Origin: Candidatus Microgenomatus sp.
Lineage (GTDB): Bacteria; Patescibacteriota; Microgenomatia; UBA8517
Direction of reading: 5' to 3'
DNA: 64,000 nt
Assembly: GCA_020724555.1 (NCBI GenBank)
Contig: DYGT01000007.1
Span: 15,258-79,257, forward strand
Under the pieces are notes generated by a model. It was not told where the DNA came from. It searched no databases and saw only the letters and a program-made list of their open reading frames with translations. Positions 47,335 to 55,921 of this stretch are shown piece after piece (the stretch's first letter is position 1; each line of letters begins with the position of its first letter). The translations under genes and the position numbers were made by a program.

Positions 47335-48338
47335 AAACTCTAAAAATTGCAGTTGGAACTACATCCGAACAGAAGATTGGATATCTAAAAGAAGTTTTGG
47401 ATGAAATTGGGATAGGTGCTGAAATTGTCCCAACGGATGTCAAAAGTGGAGTTTCCGATCAGCCAATCACTGAAGAAGAAACTCAAACGGGCTCACTTAA
47501 CCGTGCTAAGGCTGCATTTGAAAGTGTTGAAGATGTCGATTTTGGGATTGGGATAGAAGTCGGATATCACAAAAATAAGAATGAGGATTTCGAGATGTTT
47601 TGCTGCACTTCAATCTTTGGCAAAGGTGAGGCTATAGCGAGTTGTTTTTCGACTAGGTTCTTGCTTCCTGATTTTCACCAACAGATATTAAAGGAAAATA
47701 AATATCTTGGAGAATATGTGCGTAAATACAAAGAAGAGGTTGACGAGCCAGTTATAAACTATACAAGAGAATTGGTCCGTGGCAGAAAACCGTTAATTGT
47801 TGAAGCAACAAGAAATGTCTTACTTCAATTTCTAGAACTACATGCAACAGTTAGCCATTTACTAAAGTCTGATAGCTTAGGTTATAGAGATAAATCACTT
47901 GGAGTAATAATAGACAAAGACAAAAATTTTCTCCTAGTCCAACTACATAGCTATGGAGAAAATGACTGGAATTTTCCTGGTGGCGGAATCGAAGACGGAG
48001 AAACTCCTGAAGAAGCCTTATTAAGAGAATTATCTGAAGAGCTTGGAAGTAAAAAATTCAAAATCCTTGCAAAAAGTGAAAAACAAATAGAGTATGATTG
48101 GCCTGATTTCATTATCGTCAAAGATATCAAAAAAAGAAACGGCAAAACTTTTAGAGGTCAAAGACAGCATATATTCTTGGTTGAATTTAGCGGAGGCAAA
48201 GATGAGATTAATCCTGACCCAGGTGAGATACGACATACTAAATGGGTGAAAAAAGATGAGTTAAAAGACCACCTCAATTTCCCCAGCCAGAAGGAAATAT
48301 TTGATGAGGTGATTAAGGAGTTGCTTACTGAATTATGA
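47331..48338 (+). CDS. YjjX-type ITPase/XTPase fused to NUDIX (RppH-like) domain
   Basis: VGTTS..K, SGVSDQP, G.LNRA, GIEVG; C-terminal FPGGGIEDGETPEEALLRELSEELG, RGQRQ. Confidence 0.85.
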   Translation: MKTLKIAVGTTSEQKIGYLKEVLDEIGIGAEIVPTDVKSGVSDQPITEEETQTGSLNRAKAAFESVEDVDFGIGIEVGYHKNKNEDFEMFCCTSIFGKGEAIASCFSTRFLLPDFHQQILKENKYLGEYVRKYKEEVDEPVINYTRELVRGRKPLIVEATRNVLLQFLELHATVSHLLKSDSLGYRDKSLGVIIDKDKNFLLVQLHSYGENDWNFPGGGIEDGETPEEALLRELSEELGSKKFKILAKSEKQIEYDWPDFIIVKDIKKRNGKTFRGQRQHIFLVEFSGGKDEINPDPGEIRHTKWVKKDELKDHLNFPSQKEIFDEVIKELLTEL

Positions 48339-49082
48339 ATATTTATTTAAAAGGCAATTATAAATCATTCATCAGACTTGATGTTTTCAAAACTAAAAAG
48401 AAAACAAATAAAGTGTATCTTAATGTGCATGGGTTATATGCCATGTCTGGAGACAGAGGTTCTAAGTCAAAGTTTTTTGGGAAACAGGACACTGGAGAAA
48501 AATATAGCCAATGTAGTCCAGTTTTCCTCCTCTCGTGACTGGAATATCTTCCCTCCAGATGGGACTTATTCAAAGCAACAAGAGTCATTCAAGGGTAAAA
48601 CTTTTGTGCAAGAAGCTCAAGATTTGAGAGATGCAATTGATTTGATTCTTGACCAAAGTAAATATCTTTTTGGTATCGAGAAAGGAAAGCTGAGATTTTA
48701 TATAGTAGCTAATTCAATCGGTGGAACCGTTACTACAACTTTAAAAGATAAGTTTAAATATATTGATAAAATCGTGTTGGCTGGATTTGGAACCAGACCG
48801 TCAGATTCCACAAAACCAATTCTTTCAACCTGTCCAACTGAAAAAGAAATTCTTGATTCGGCTGCAAAATTTAACGGAGAACTACTTTTTCTCCAAGGAA
48901 GCAAGGATGACGTGGTGCCCATTGAAGCGCAGGATAAATTGTTTGCAAGTTATAAGCATGCCAAAAAAGAAAAAGTGATTGTTGAAGGAGCAAATCACAA
49001 CTTCTCAAAGTTAAACGGAAAAGACAAAAGATTGGTTCAGAAATTGTATGTTGATTTCATTCTTAAATTTTTGGTCAAATGA
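48335..49082 (+). pseudogene. Alpha/beta hydrolase, frameshifted at a T6 tract
   Basis: ORF1 VHG motif continues in a second frame (ANSIGG nucleophile, DDVVP, NH) if one T is removed from 48473-48478. Confidence 0.75.
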
Positions 49083-49597
49083 AATATCATCAAGACACAT
49101 ATTTATACAAAGGCACTAAGGTTACAAATACCTGGATTAAAACTGACAATCTTGAGAATTACTCTCCAATAACTCAGGTCTACGGAATCGTTTTTAACGA
49201 TAAAAATGAAGTCATAATTTGTCGTGAATCTAATAGCGGTAGCTGGATAATTCCAGGAGGACACCCAGAGGAAGGTGAATCTATTGAGCAAACACTAAAG
49301 CGAGAGCTTCAAGAAGAAGTGGATGTAGAGATCGAAGATATCAAACCATTAGGTGTCCAAAAGGTTACGTTTCCGGATGATGTTAATTCTGATAAAGCCA
49401 TATATCAAGTCAGATGTATTGCAAAACTCAAAAAACTGAATTCTCAAACTCCTGATCCTGCAAATGGGAATACTTGGGAGAGAAAATTTATTCCTGCTTC
49501 TGAAATTACAAACTATGTTAAGTGGGGAAAAACCGGAGAGGTAATGTTTAAGGATGCTGTTGAAGTTTATTCTTCTGGCTTGAAACCAATGATTTGA
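49079..49597 (+). CDS. NUDIX hydrolase
   Basis: PGGHPEEGESIEQTLKRELQEE. Confidence 0.9.
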   Translation: MKYHQDTYLYKGTKVTNTWIKTDNLENYSPITQVYGIVFNDKNEVIICRESNSGSWIIPGGHPEEGESIEQTLKRELQEEVDVEIEDIKPLGVQKVTFPDDVNSDKAIYQVRCIAKLKKLNSQTPDPANGNTWERKFIPASEITNYVKWGKTGEVMFKDAVEVYSSGLKPMI

Positions 49598-49826
49598 TAC
49601 CCTTTTTCTTCTATCTCCTCTTTGCTCCAAAATGGTAAATCACGAGTTTTGACAATATATGTTACTTTCTTCTCAAGAGTTCTGCCTGTGTAATCTTTTT
49701 TCTCTGGATCCCACTCAAAACATCTCCTTCGTTACATTCAAAATCATTAAGCCTAACTTCGAAATTTTTGTCACCTTTTAATATTGCCTCAAAGTATGGT
49801 GGTTGAACTTTCTTTTCTATTTTCAT
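49567..49826 (-). pseudogene. ASCH/DUF3850 domain protein, frameshifted
   Basis: MKIEKKVQPPYFEAILKGDKNFEVRLNDF..NEGDVL continues in another frame EWDPEKKDYTGRTLEKKVTYI...IIGFKPEE. Confidence 0.8.
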
Positions 49827-49850
49827 AGCTTTACCGCTATTATACCGAAT

Positions 49851-50351
49851 ATGAGGCAAAAGCGGTATCAAGAGGTAAGGTTTTATCTATTTGCAAATTC
49901 ATACTCAGGCAAAGCTATAGTCACTTTTATTAGAGAAAAATATAAGAGGAAGAGATTAAATTATGTAGTGAAACGCTTATCATCAGTCTTGGGTTTTAAC
50001 TACAAACAAACGAAAAGACTCATTATTTTTGAGCTGATTCCAGACTGTCCTTATAAAAGATTGCCAAATAAATTGAAAATCTATCTTGAAATAGAAAAAG
50101 AATTAACAACTCTTGTACAGGAAAAATTAGATGAATACTCAACTGCACTGGAAGATTACCAGAGGCAATTATTAGCGCCCGCTATTGAGAGGGCAGCTGG
50201 TAATCTCATGATAGAAATTGAAGATAGAGAATTTGATAAAACGCTAGAAATACAAATAAGAAAATATAGCCATATTTATTATAGGACTGCATACAAGTAC
50301 AAATTAACAACTTTGAGGGTTGTACCATTCATACTTAGGTTAATATCCTAA
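49851..50351 (+). CDS. Hypothetical protein
   Basis: 166-aa basic ORF from ATG 49851 after TATTAT box. Confidence 0.6.
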   Translation: MRQKRYQEVRFYLFANSYSGKAIVTFIREKYKRKRLNYVVKRLSSVLGFNYKQTKRLIIFELIPDCPYKRLPNKLKIYLEIEKELTTLVQEKLDEYSTALEDYQRQLLAPAIERAAGNLMIEIEDREFDKTLEIQIRKYSHIYYRTAYKYKLTTLRVVPFILRLIS

Positions 50352-50679
50352 GTATATCAAAATATATCAACAACTTTTGAGACATTCCCTTTTTATACTG
50401 TCTCATTTGTCTCGTTTAGCCTCACTCGTGATACACTACTTATGGGTCTGAAAGGTTCAAGACCGACATGCTCAGCAAAACAGGGCGCAAGGTGACCGAG
50501 ATACTTCAAAAAGCCCAATCTTTCGTTCAAAACAGCTATTTTTATTTGAAACATTCGGACGGTACGCTCGACATTCGGATATTTACCTTGAAATTGGCCT
50601 TTCTGACTACCTTGTGGTGTTTAATTTTTCTCCAAATTTATTCTAGATGTCAAGTACCCCTTTTACTACACACTCTGTC

Positions 50680-51530
50680 TCTAAACGGATAACTGTCTAA
50701 ATTGGGTTGGTGGCATTTTTAGTTTGGTGTGTATTCTTTGGTGGTTGTAGTAGTGGATTACTTGATGGATAGCCTCCACTAGTTCTCCAATTTTGTATTA
50801 AATCTCTCAAACTCCAGTCCCAGATCTGTCTTGAAATTGTTGTAAAAAGATTCTTGATATCCATTCTCCCAAGGACTACCTTTTTTACTCATACTGATTT
50901 TGATACCCAGCTTGTTTGTTAGTTGAGTGTATTCTTTTGATTTGTATTCACTTCCTTGGTCTGTATGAACAATTTGCGGTTTGCCTTGAGTGATAACAGC
51001 CTCAAGTAAGGCTTCAATTACCAGTTCTTTGGTGTGTCTGATTGAAATATTCCAGCCTACAATTTCTCTGGTATAAATATCCATAAATCTGGCTAAATAT
51101 ATAGTTTTACTGTTCCCACCTTAAATATGTAAAGTCACCAACATAAACAATGTTTGGTCCAATAGGGCAAGTGCCCTTAATCATGTTTGAATATCCAGCA
51201 TCAGGTTTTCTCAAATCTCTCCTTTTGCTCCACCTGGCTTTCCTTTTGTATGGCTTAATAGAGTAAAGCTTCATCACCCTTCTCACTCTTTTCTTGCCAA
51301 CAGGATGTTGAGGAGTGGATAAAGCAATAGCAATCCTTCTGTGGCCATAGCTTGGGTTTAATTCCAAGACCTGTAGTATCTGTTCTTTCAGGGATTCATC
51401 CTTGGTTTTAAGTTTGTTTGAGTGTAGATATAGTGATTCTCTGGATACCCCAAATAAATTTGAAATTAGACTTTTGGAGACATTTTTAACTTTCCCTTGG
51501 ATTAGCTCAACCAGATATCTTTTTTTTTGT
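50680..51530 (-). pseudogene. IS3 OrfB DDE transposase with two frameshifts
   Basis: YGHRRI, GDFTY, HTDQGSEY, WENGYQESF; frame breaks near 51115 and 50792. Confidence 0.85.
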
Positions 51531-51764
51531 TTTCTCCAGCTCAAAAGTGAGCACTCCAATGATTTCTTTGAGCTGTTGATTTTCTTTTTTGAGCCTCACG
51601 TGTTCCATCCAGCTAACTTGCTTGGCTACTCCACCCCTTAACCAATTGTAAATTGTTTTTCTACTGACCCCATACTTTTCAGATAAACTGGAGTCTGGCT
51701 CACCTGTTTTAACTTTACCCAAAATCTCCTTTTTAACTTCTTTTGCGACTGTCTTTCTTTGCAC
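51507..51764 (-). CDS. IS3 OrfA (HTH)
   Basis: YGVSRKTIYNW, LKKENQQLK; SD AAAGGAGGTG. Confidence 0.85.
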   Translation of the reverse strand: MQRKTVAKEVKKEILGKVKTGEPDSSLSEKYGVSRKTIYNWLRGGVAKQVSWMEHVRLKKENQQLKEIIGVLTFELEKTKKKISG

Positions 51765-51914
51765 AGTTTCACCTCCTTTTGTGTTTCAAGTATATAAGCA
51801 AGCTTGTTACTTGCGTAATAGAAACTGTGTGTATTTTAAGGGGTACCTGTCAATGCATATTTTACACCCTTTTATCATATTAAATCTCTTGACGGAATAG
51901 TCGCCTTTATCATG

Positions 51915-52038
51915 TGAGCGTAAAACTCCATGCGCCTGCCTGCCGGCAGGCAGGTAAGCACGGGGATGTAAGCTCAAAACAATCTCGCTTAAACGAGTGT
52001 TTCAAAATACCATCTGGCGTAAGCCGGTGGTAGTTTGT
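51915..52038 (+). mobile_element. IS200/IS605-like miniature element (two ends, no ORF)
   Basis: GAGCGTAAAACTCCATGC..GCACGGGGATGTAAGCTC and TACCATCTGGCGTAAGCCGGTGGTAG hairpins resemble IS605 left/right ends. Confidence 0.55.
51935..51954. repeat. 20-bp perfect palindrome
   Basis: CCTGCCTGCCGGCAGGCAGG inserted in the loop of the left-end hairpin. Confidence 0.85.
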
Positions 52039-52092
52039 CTTAAAGGAAGGTTGATTGTTGGCTGCAAAACTCCTAGAATCTCTGTAGAGTAT

Positions 52093-52419
52093 ATGACTAC
52101 ATACAATTTGGGTCCACTTGAACAGGAAATAATGAACTGCGTTTGGCGTAGTAAGGAGGTTTCGGTGAAAGATGTACATTCTTGTCTCAAAAAGTCTCGC
52201 AAGATCGCCTATACCACTGTAATGACAATAATGACAAGGCTGACAAAAAAGGGGTTTTTAACAAGAAAAAAGGTGGGTAAAGCCTATTTATATACCCCAA
52301 AGAATACGAAAGAAAAAGTGGCCAAAGGAATGGTCAAAAGAATCATTGATTCATTGGTTAATCAATATGGCACTGATGCAGTTACGGCATTTACTGATGA
52401 GCTTGAAAAAAGAAGATAA
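52093..52419 (+). CDS. BlaI/MecI/CopY family repressor
   Basis: LGPLEQEIM..VW, AYTTVMTIMTRL..KG.L.R...GKAY.Y. Confidence 0.92.
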   Translation: MTTYNLGPLEQEIMNCVWRSKEVSVKDVHSCLKKSRKIAYTTVMTIMTRLTKKGFLTRKKVGKAYLYTPKNTKEKVAKGMVKRIIDSLVNQYGTDAVTAFTDELEKRR

Positions 52420-52429
52420 TTTATATAAC

Positions 52430-52463
52430 CAAAGCTTGGCCTTCGGCTAAAGCAAAGCTTGGC
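52430..52463. repeat. 34-bp dispersed palindromic repeat (copy 2)
   Basis: Identical to 37204-37237. Confidence 0.95.
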
Positions 52464-52466
52464 AAA

Positions 52467-53345
52467 ATGTTATTTATGATAATTAAAAGGAATTTTGTGA
52501 AAAAAGAGTTGAGATGTTTTTTAATAATAGTTACTGTTTTTATTTCATCAGTGTTTTTTCTTTTTGGCCTTCTTAAAAAATATTCTTTTTTTACATTAGA
52601 ACACTTCCTTGAAGTATGCAGGCAAGTTTCGTCTGGTTTTTTAGCTTCCGGTTTACAACACATTGGGTTTGGATTATTGGTTCTCACTTTCTTTTCTATA
52701 GCTATATTTTTCGTCAAAGCAATCTTTTCTTATATCAAGACCCAAAAGAAATTAGCCTCACTTTTGAATAGTAAAAGCAATGTTATCCCCGGAAAGCTAT
52801 TAAACGTTATTGAAAAGAATAAAGTTGAAAAAAACCTTATTTTCGTTGTTAATTTAAAAAAAGACATTGCCTTAACAATTGATTGGTCAGGGCCTAAAAT
52901 TATTCTTTCGACGGGATTAATAGACAAACTTGAACCTGAGGAGCTGGAGTCGGTGGTTTTGCATGAGTATTACCATGCCAAATACAGACACCCGCTAATG
53001 CTCATTATCAGCGAGATTGTTTCGGACACTTTATTTTTCATTCCAGTCTATAAGGATCTACACAAATATTTCAGATCTCTGCTGGAAAAAGAAGCTGACG
53101 ATTTCGTTAGTAGCTTACAAAACGGAGCAACTTCTTTAGATTTGGCGCTTTCTAAAGTAGAAACAGAGACTCGTTTTCCTATTTTTCCCTCTTTTTCAAA
53201 AAGAATTGATCATAAAATAAGCAGGAGAAATGCGGTCCTTTCTGTTTTGACAGTAACCGTTGGTTTGGCCCTTTATCTTCTACCTACCCAAACATACGCT
53301 TCATGGGGTAATTCACATAATTTTTCTGAAGTATGCATAAGATAA
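52467..53345 (+). CDS. M56/BlaR1-type membrane zinc metallopeptidase (no penicillin-binding domain)
   Basis: TMs, P.IILSTGL, ELESVVLHEYYH (HExxH), E..AD; follows BlaI. Confidence 0.82.
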   Translation: MLFMIIKRNFVKKELRCFLIIVTVFISSVFFLFGLLKKYSFFTLEHFLEVCRQVSSGFLASGLQHIGFGLLVLTFFSIAIFFVKAIFSYIKTQKKLASLLNSKSNVIPGKLLNVIEKNKVEKNLIFVVNLKKDIALTIDWSGPKIILSTGLIDKLEPEELESVVLHEYYHAKYRHPLMLIISEIVSDTLFFIPVYKDLHKYFRSLLEKEADDFVSSLQNGATSLDLALSKVETETRFPIFPSFSKRIDHKISRRNAVLSVLTVTVGLALYLLPTQTYASWGNSHNFSEVCIR

Positions 53346-53371
53346 TCAATGAAATTTCTTCTAATTAGTTA

Positions 53372-53409
53372 TTGACAGATAAACAGATTTTTTACTACAC
53401 TTTGTAGTA
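53372..53409 (+). promoter_or_regulatory. Promoter with BlaI-type operator
   Basis: TTGACA-18-TACACT; palindrome TACTAC-ACTTT-GTAGTA 53393-53409 overlapping -10 and the start codon. Confidence 0.8.
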
Positions 53410-54173
53410 TGTCTAAAAAAAGTTATACATTTACCCTTCCAAGTAATTTGACACCAGTGCTTCTTGTTGTGGTAATTGGTCTTACTTTTGGAGTCGGTAT
53501 TCTTTGGCAAAAAGTTCAAAACCTCGAAAGTAGCACAAGTACTAGAGTAGCGGCCGGTACAGCCAAAGTTGGTAATCCTCAAGAGGCAGCTCCCCAAGCT
53601 CCTCCACAAGCAGGAGAAGTAGAACCGGTTGATGAAGAAGACCATGTGCGAGGCAACAGGAATGCAAAAATTGCTTTGATTGAATACTCTGATTTGGAAT
53701 GCCCTTTTTGTAAAGCTTTTCACCCCACAGCAAGCCAGGCCATTAAGGAGTATCCCAATGACGTGATGTGGGTATATAGGCATTTTCCCTTGGACCAGCT
53801 TCACTCAAAAGCCGATAAACAAGCTGAAGCTGTTGAGTGTGCAGGAAAACTTGCAGGTGACGATGGTTTTTGGAAGTTAACAGATAAGATATTTGAGGTT
53901 ACACCATCAAACAACGGGCTGGACAATAGCACACTTCCCGATTTGGCAGCCAGTGTGGGTATTAACAAATCACAGTTTCAGGCGTGCCTTGATTCCGGAG
54001 AGTTTGCGAGTCATGTGGAAGAAGATTACCAATCTGGTATCAAAGCAGGTGTGACGGGAACTCCGGGAAATATATTGCTTAATACCGTGACAGGCGAAAC
54101 ACAACTTATTCCGGGAGCCGTACCATATCCTCAACTAAAACAAGCAATCGACGCTATGCTTTCTGAAAGCTGA
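53409..54173 (+). CDS. DsbA/BdbD-like thioredoxin-fold protein
   Basis: TM anchor, EYSDLECPFC, YRHFPL, GVTGTP, GAVPY. Confidence 0.92.
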   Translation: MSKKSYTFTLPSNLTPVLLVVVIGLTFGVGILWQKVQNLESSTSTRVAAGTAKVGNPQEAAPQAPPQAGEVEPVDEEDHVRGNRNAKIALIEYSDLECPFCKAFHPTASQAIKEYPNDVMWVYRHFPLDQLHSKADKQAEAVECAGKLAGDDGFWKLTDKIFEVTPSNNGLDNSTLPDLAASVGINKSQFQACLDSGEFASHVEEDYQSGIKAGVTGTPGNILLNTVTGETQLIPGAVPYPQLKQAIDAMLSES

Positions 54174-54181
54174 CATGGACA

Positions 54182-54913
54182 ATGGTTCCTTTTACTTTAC
54201 TTAATCTGGCAATCGCCTTTTTGGCAGGCTTTCTTACTTTTTTTGCGGGTTGCCTGGCACCGGTTGCTCCTGTTTATATAAGTTTTCTGGCGGGCGTTAC
54301 CCCCGATGAGATAAAAGGGAAACATAAAAGAGTATTCCTGGGAAACTCACTACTTTTTACTTCTGGTTTTTTGTTTGTATTTTTACTTTTGGGGCTAACT
54401 GTTAACTCTTTGGCAAGGATACTGGGAAGCTACAGACCGCTTCTAAATAAAATCGCAGGAGTGTTTTTATTTTTTTTTGGCTTGTTTTTAGGAAAATTTG
54501 TAAACATTCCCCTCCTAAACAGAACCTTCGTCCTGAAAAAGAGCACGAAGGATATTGGCGCCTTTACTCTTGGAGCTACATTCGGCTTTGCCTGGACTCC
54601 TTGCGTGGGACCGGTCTTGGCTGCAATTTTATTTTGGGTTAGCTCCAAGTCAAGCTTAATTGCCGGATTGCCGCTTTTGGTTCTTTTTGCGCTCGGCCTT
54701 GGCACACCCTTTGTCTTGATAGGGTTAGGTTTTGATAAATTCTGGCCACTGTTTAAGAGCCTTAATAAATACTCATTTTGGTTAAATAGGGTTGGGGGAA
54801 TAATTTTAATTGTCTTTGGGGTTCTTATTTTTACAAATAATTTTTCAGTTATCTCGGCCTTTCTTTTGGCGAAACTGGGAAGCCCGGCGTTTAACTTAGA
54901 GCTTAAACAATAA
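54182..54913 (+). CDS. ccdA: CcdA/DsbD family membrane protein
   Basis: AGFLTFFAGCLAP, WTPCVGPVLA, GLGTP. Confidence 0.88.
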   Translation: MVPFTLLNLAIAFLAGFLTFFAGCLAPVAPVYISFLAGVTPDEIKGKHKRVFLGNSLLFTSGFLFVFLLLGLTVNSLARILGSYRPLLNKIAGVFLFFFGLFLGKFVNIPLLNRTFVLKKSTKDIGAFTLGATFGFAWTPCVGPVLAAILFWVSSKSSLIAGLPLLVLFALGLGTPFVLIGLGFDKFWPLFKSLNKYSFWLNRVGGIILIVFGVLIFTNNFSVISAFLLAKLGSPAFNLELKQ

Positions 54914-54931
54914 TTACATATTTCGTTTTTT

Positions 54932-54948
54932 TACTACATATTGTAGTA
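54932..54948 (+). promoter_or_regulatory. Second BlaI-type operator
   Basis: TACTAC-ATATT-GTAGTA 12 nt upstream of the DUF3105 ATG. Confidence 0.8.
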
Positions 54949-54960
54949 TATATTTAAATT

Positions 54961-55602
54961 ATGTCTGACATAGACTACCCAAGCGAGTGGAACGATCTGC
55001 CAAAAAGGGAAAGAAAACAAAAAATCAAGGAGCTTAAGAGACAAAAACAGAAAAAGGCTGATTTTGTTAAAAAAGCAAGAAATATCGGCATTGTGGTTGT
55101 TTTATTTGTAGCTCTAATTGGCGGATACAAATTCATGACTCAAAAGTCTCCCCAAGAGCTAGCCTTTGAGCAGGAGGTAAATGAAGTGTCTTTAGAGGGA
55201 AAGGTAGAAGAATTTCCGATCGAGGGCGTCGAGCATGTTTCAGCTGAAACAACTGTGGAATACAAGACAAATCCGCCAACGTCAGGGCCTCATTTTGCAC
55301 AAGCACAAAACTGGGGTGTGTATGACAAAGAGATTGACGATAAAGCCGCAGTCCATGCTTTGGAACACGGAGGTATCTGGATTTCTTATAAAGATATAAG
55401 CGATGATGAAAAAAATATTTTAGAGGAAATTGGTAGGGAAAACTCAGGGAGTGCGATAGTTTCACCAAGGGGTGCAAATGATGTAAAAATCGCGGTGGTT
55501 TCCTGGGGAAGGATGATGAAACTAGATACTGCCGATAAAGCTCCTATCCAAAAATATATTGACACTTATAAAAACCAATCTCCTGAGAGATTGGCCCGAT
55601 AA
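54961..55602 (+). CDS. DUF3105 domain protein
   Basis: TM; HV....Y..NPPTSGPH, VH.LEHG.IWI.Y, SWG, PE. Confidence 0.85.
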   Translation: MSDIDYPSEWNDLPKRERKQKIKELKRQKQKKADFVKKARNIGIVVVLFVALIGGYKFMTQKSPQELAFEQEVNEVSLEGKVEEFPIEGVEHVSAETTVEYKTNPPTSGPHFAQAQNWGVYDKEIDDKAAVHALEHGGIWISYKDISDDEKNILEEIGRENSGSAIVSPRGANDVKIAVVSWGRMMKLDTADKAPIQKYIDTYKNQSPERLAR

Positions 55603-55610
55603 ATCATCTC

Positions 55611-55639
55611 TTGACATATACCCTAGGGGGGTATATAGT
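55611..55639 (+). promoter_or_regulatory. Promoter with CsoR-type operator
   Basis: TTGACA-17-TATAGT enclosing ATATACCC-TAGGG-GGGTATAT. Confidence 0.85.
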
Positions 55640-55648
55640 ATATTTATT

Positions 55649-55921
55649 ATGGACAACGGAGGCTTTAAAGGTCAGGCCGAAAGGCGGATAAATATTATTA
55701 AAGGCCAACTGGACGGTCTTTTTAAAATGATAGATAAGGATGAGTATTGCACTGATATTCTCGACCAGTCACTCGCGATTCAGAATTCCCTCAAGAGCCT
55801 TGACGGGCTTATCTTGGAACGCCATTTAAGAATCCATGCCGCGGATCAATTCAAAAACAATAAAGAAAAAGCTGTAAATGAGTTACTTAAAATTTTCAAG
55901 AAAAAACAAAGAAATGACTAA
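55649..55921 (+). CDS. csoR: CsoR/RcnR family metal-sensing repressor
   Basis: RINIIKGQLDGL..MI....YC.DIL.Q..A...L, ERHL. Confidence 0.88.
   Translation: MDNGGFKGQAERRINIIKGQLDGLFKMIDKDEYCTDILDQSLAIQNSLKSLDGLILERHLRIHAADQFKNNKEKAVNELLKIFKKKQRND

Larger units (their letters stand above)
50648..51852 (-). mobile_element. IS3-family insertion sequence, decayed
   Basis: Imperfect terminal IRs TGTCAAGTACCCCTTTTACTACACAC / TGACAGGTACCCCTTAAAATACACAC; orfA + orfB with A9G slippery site. Confidence 0.9.

Noticed and set aside
41000-50350. Integron cassette array
   Set aside because: Mixed orientations, overlapping genes, no attC-like repeats and no IntI in the window
50468-50692. 74-aa ORF
   Set aside because: Runs into the IS3 terminal repeat, no recognisable motif; at best a fragment
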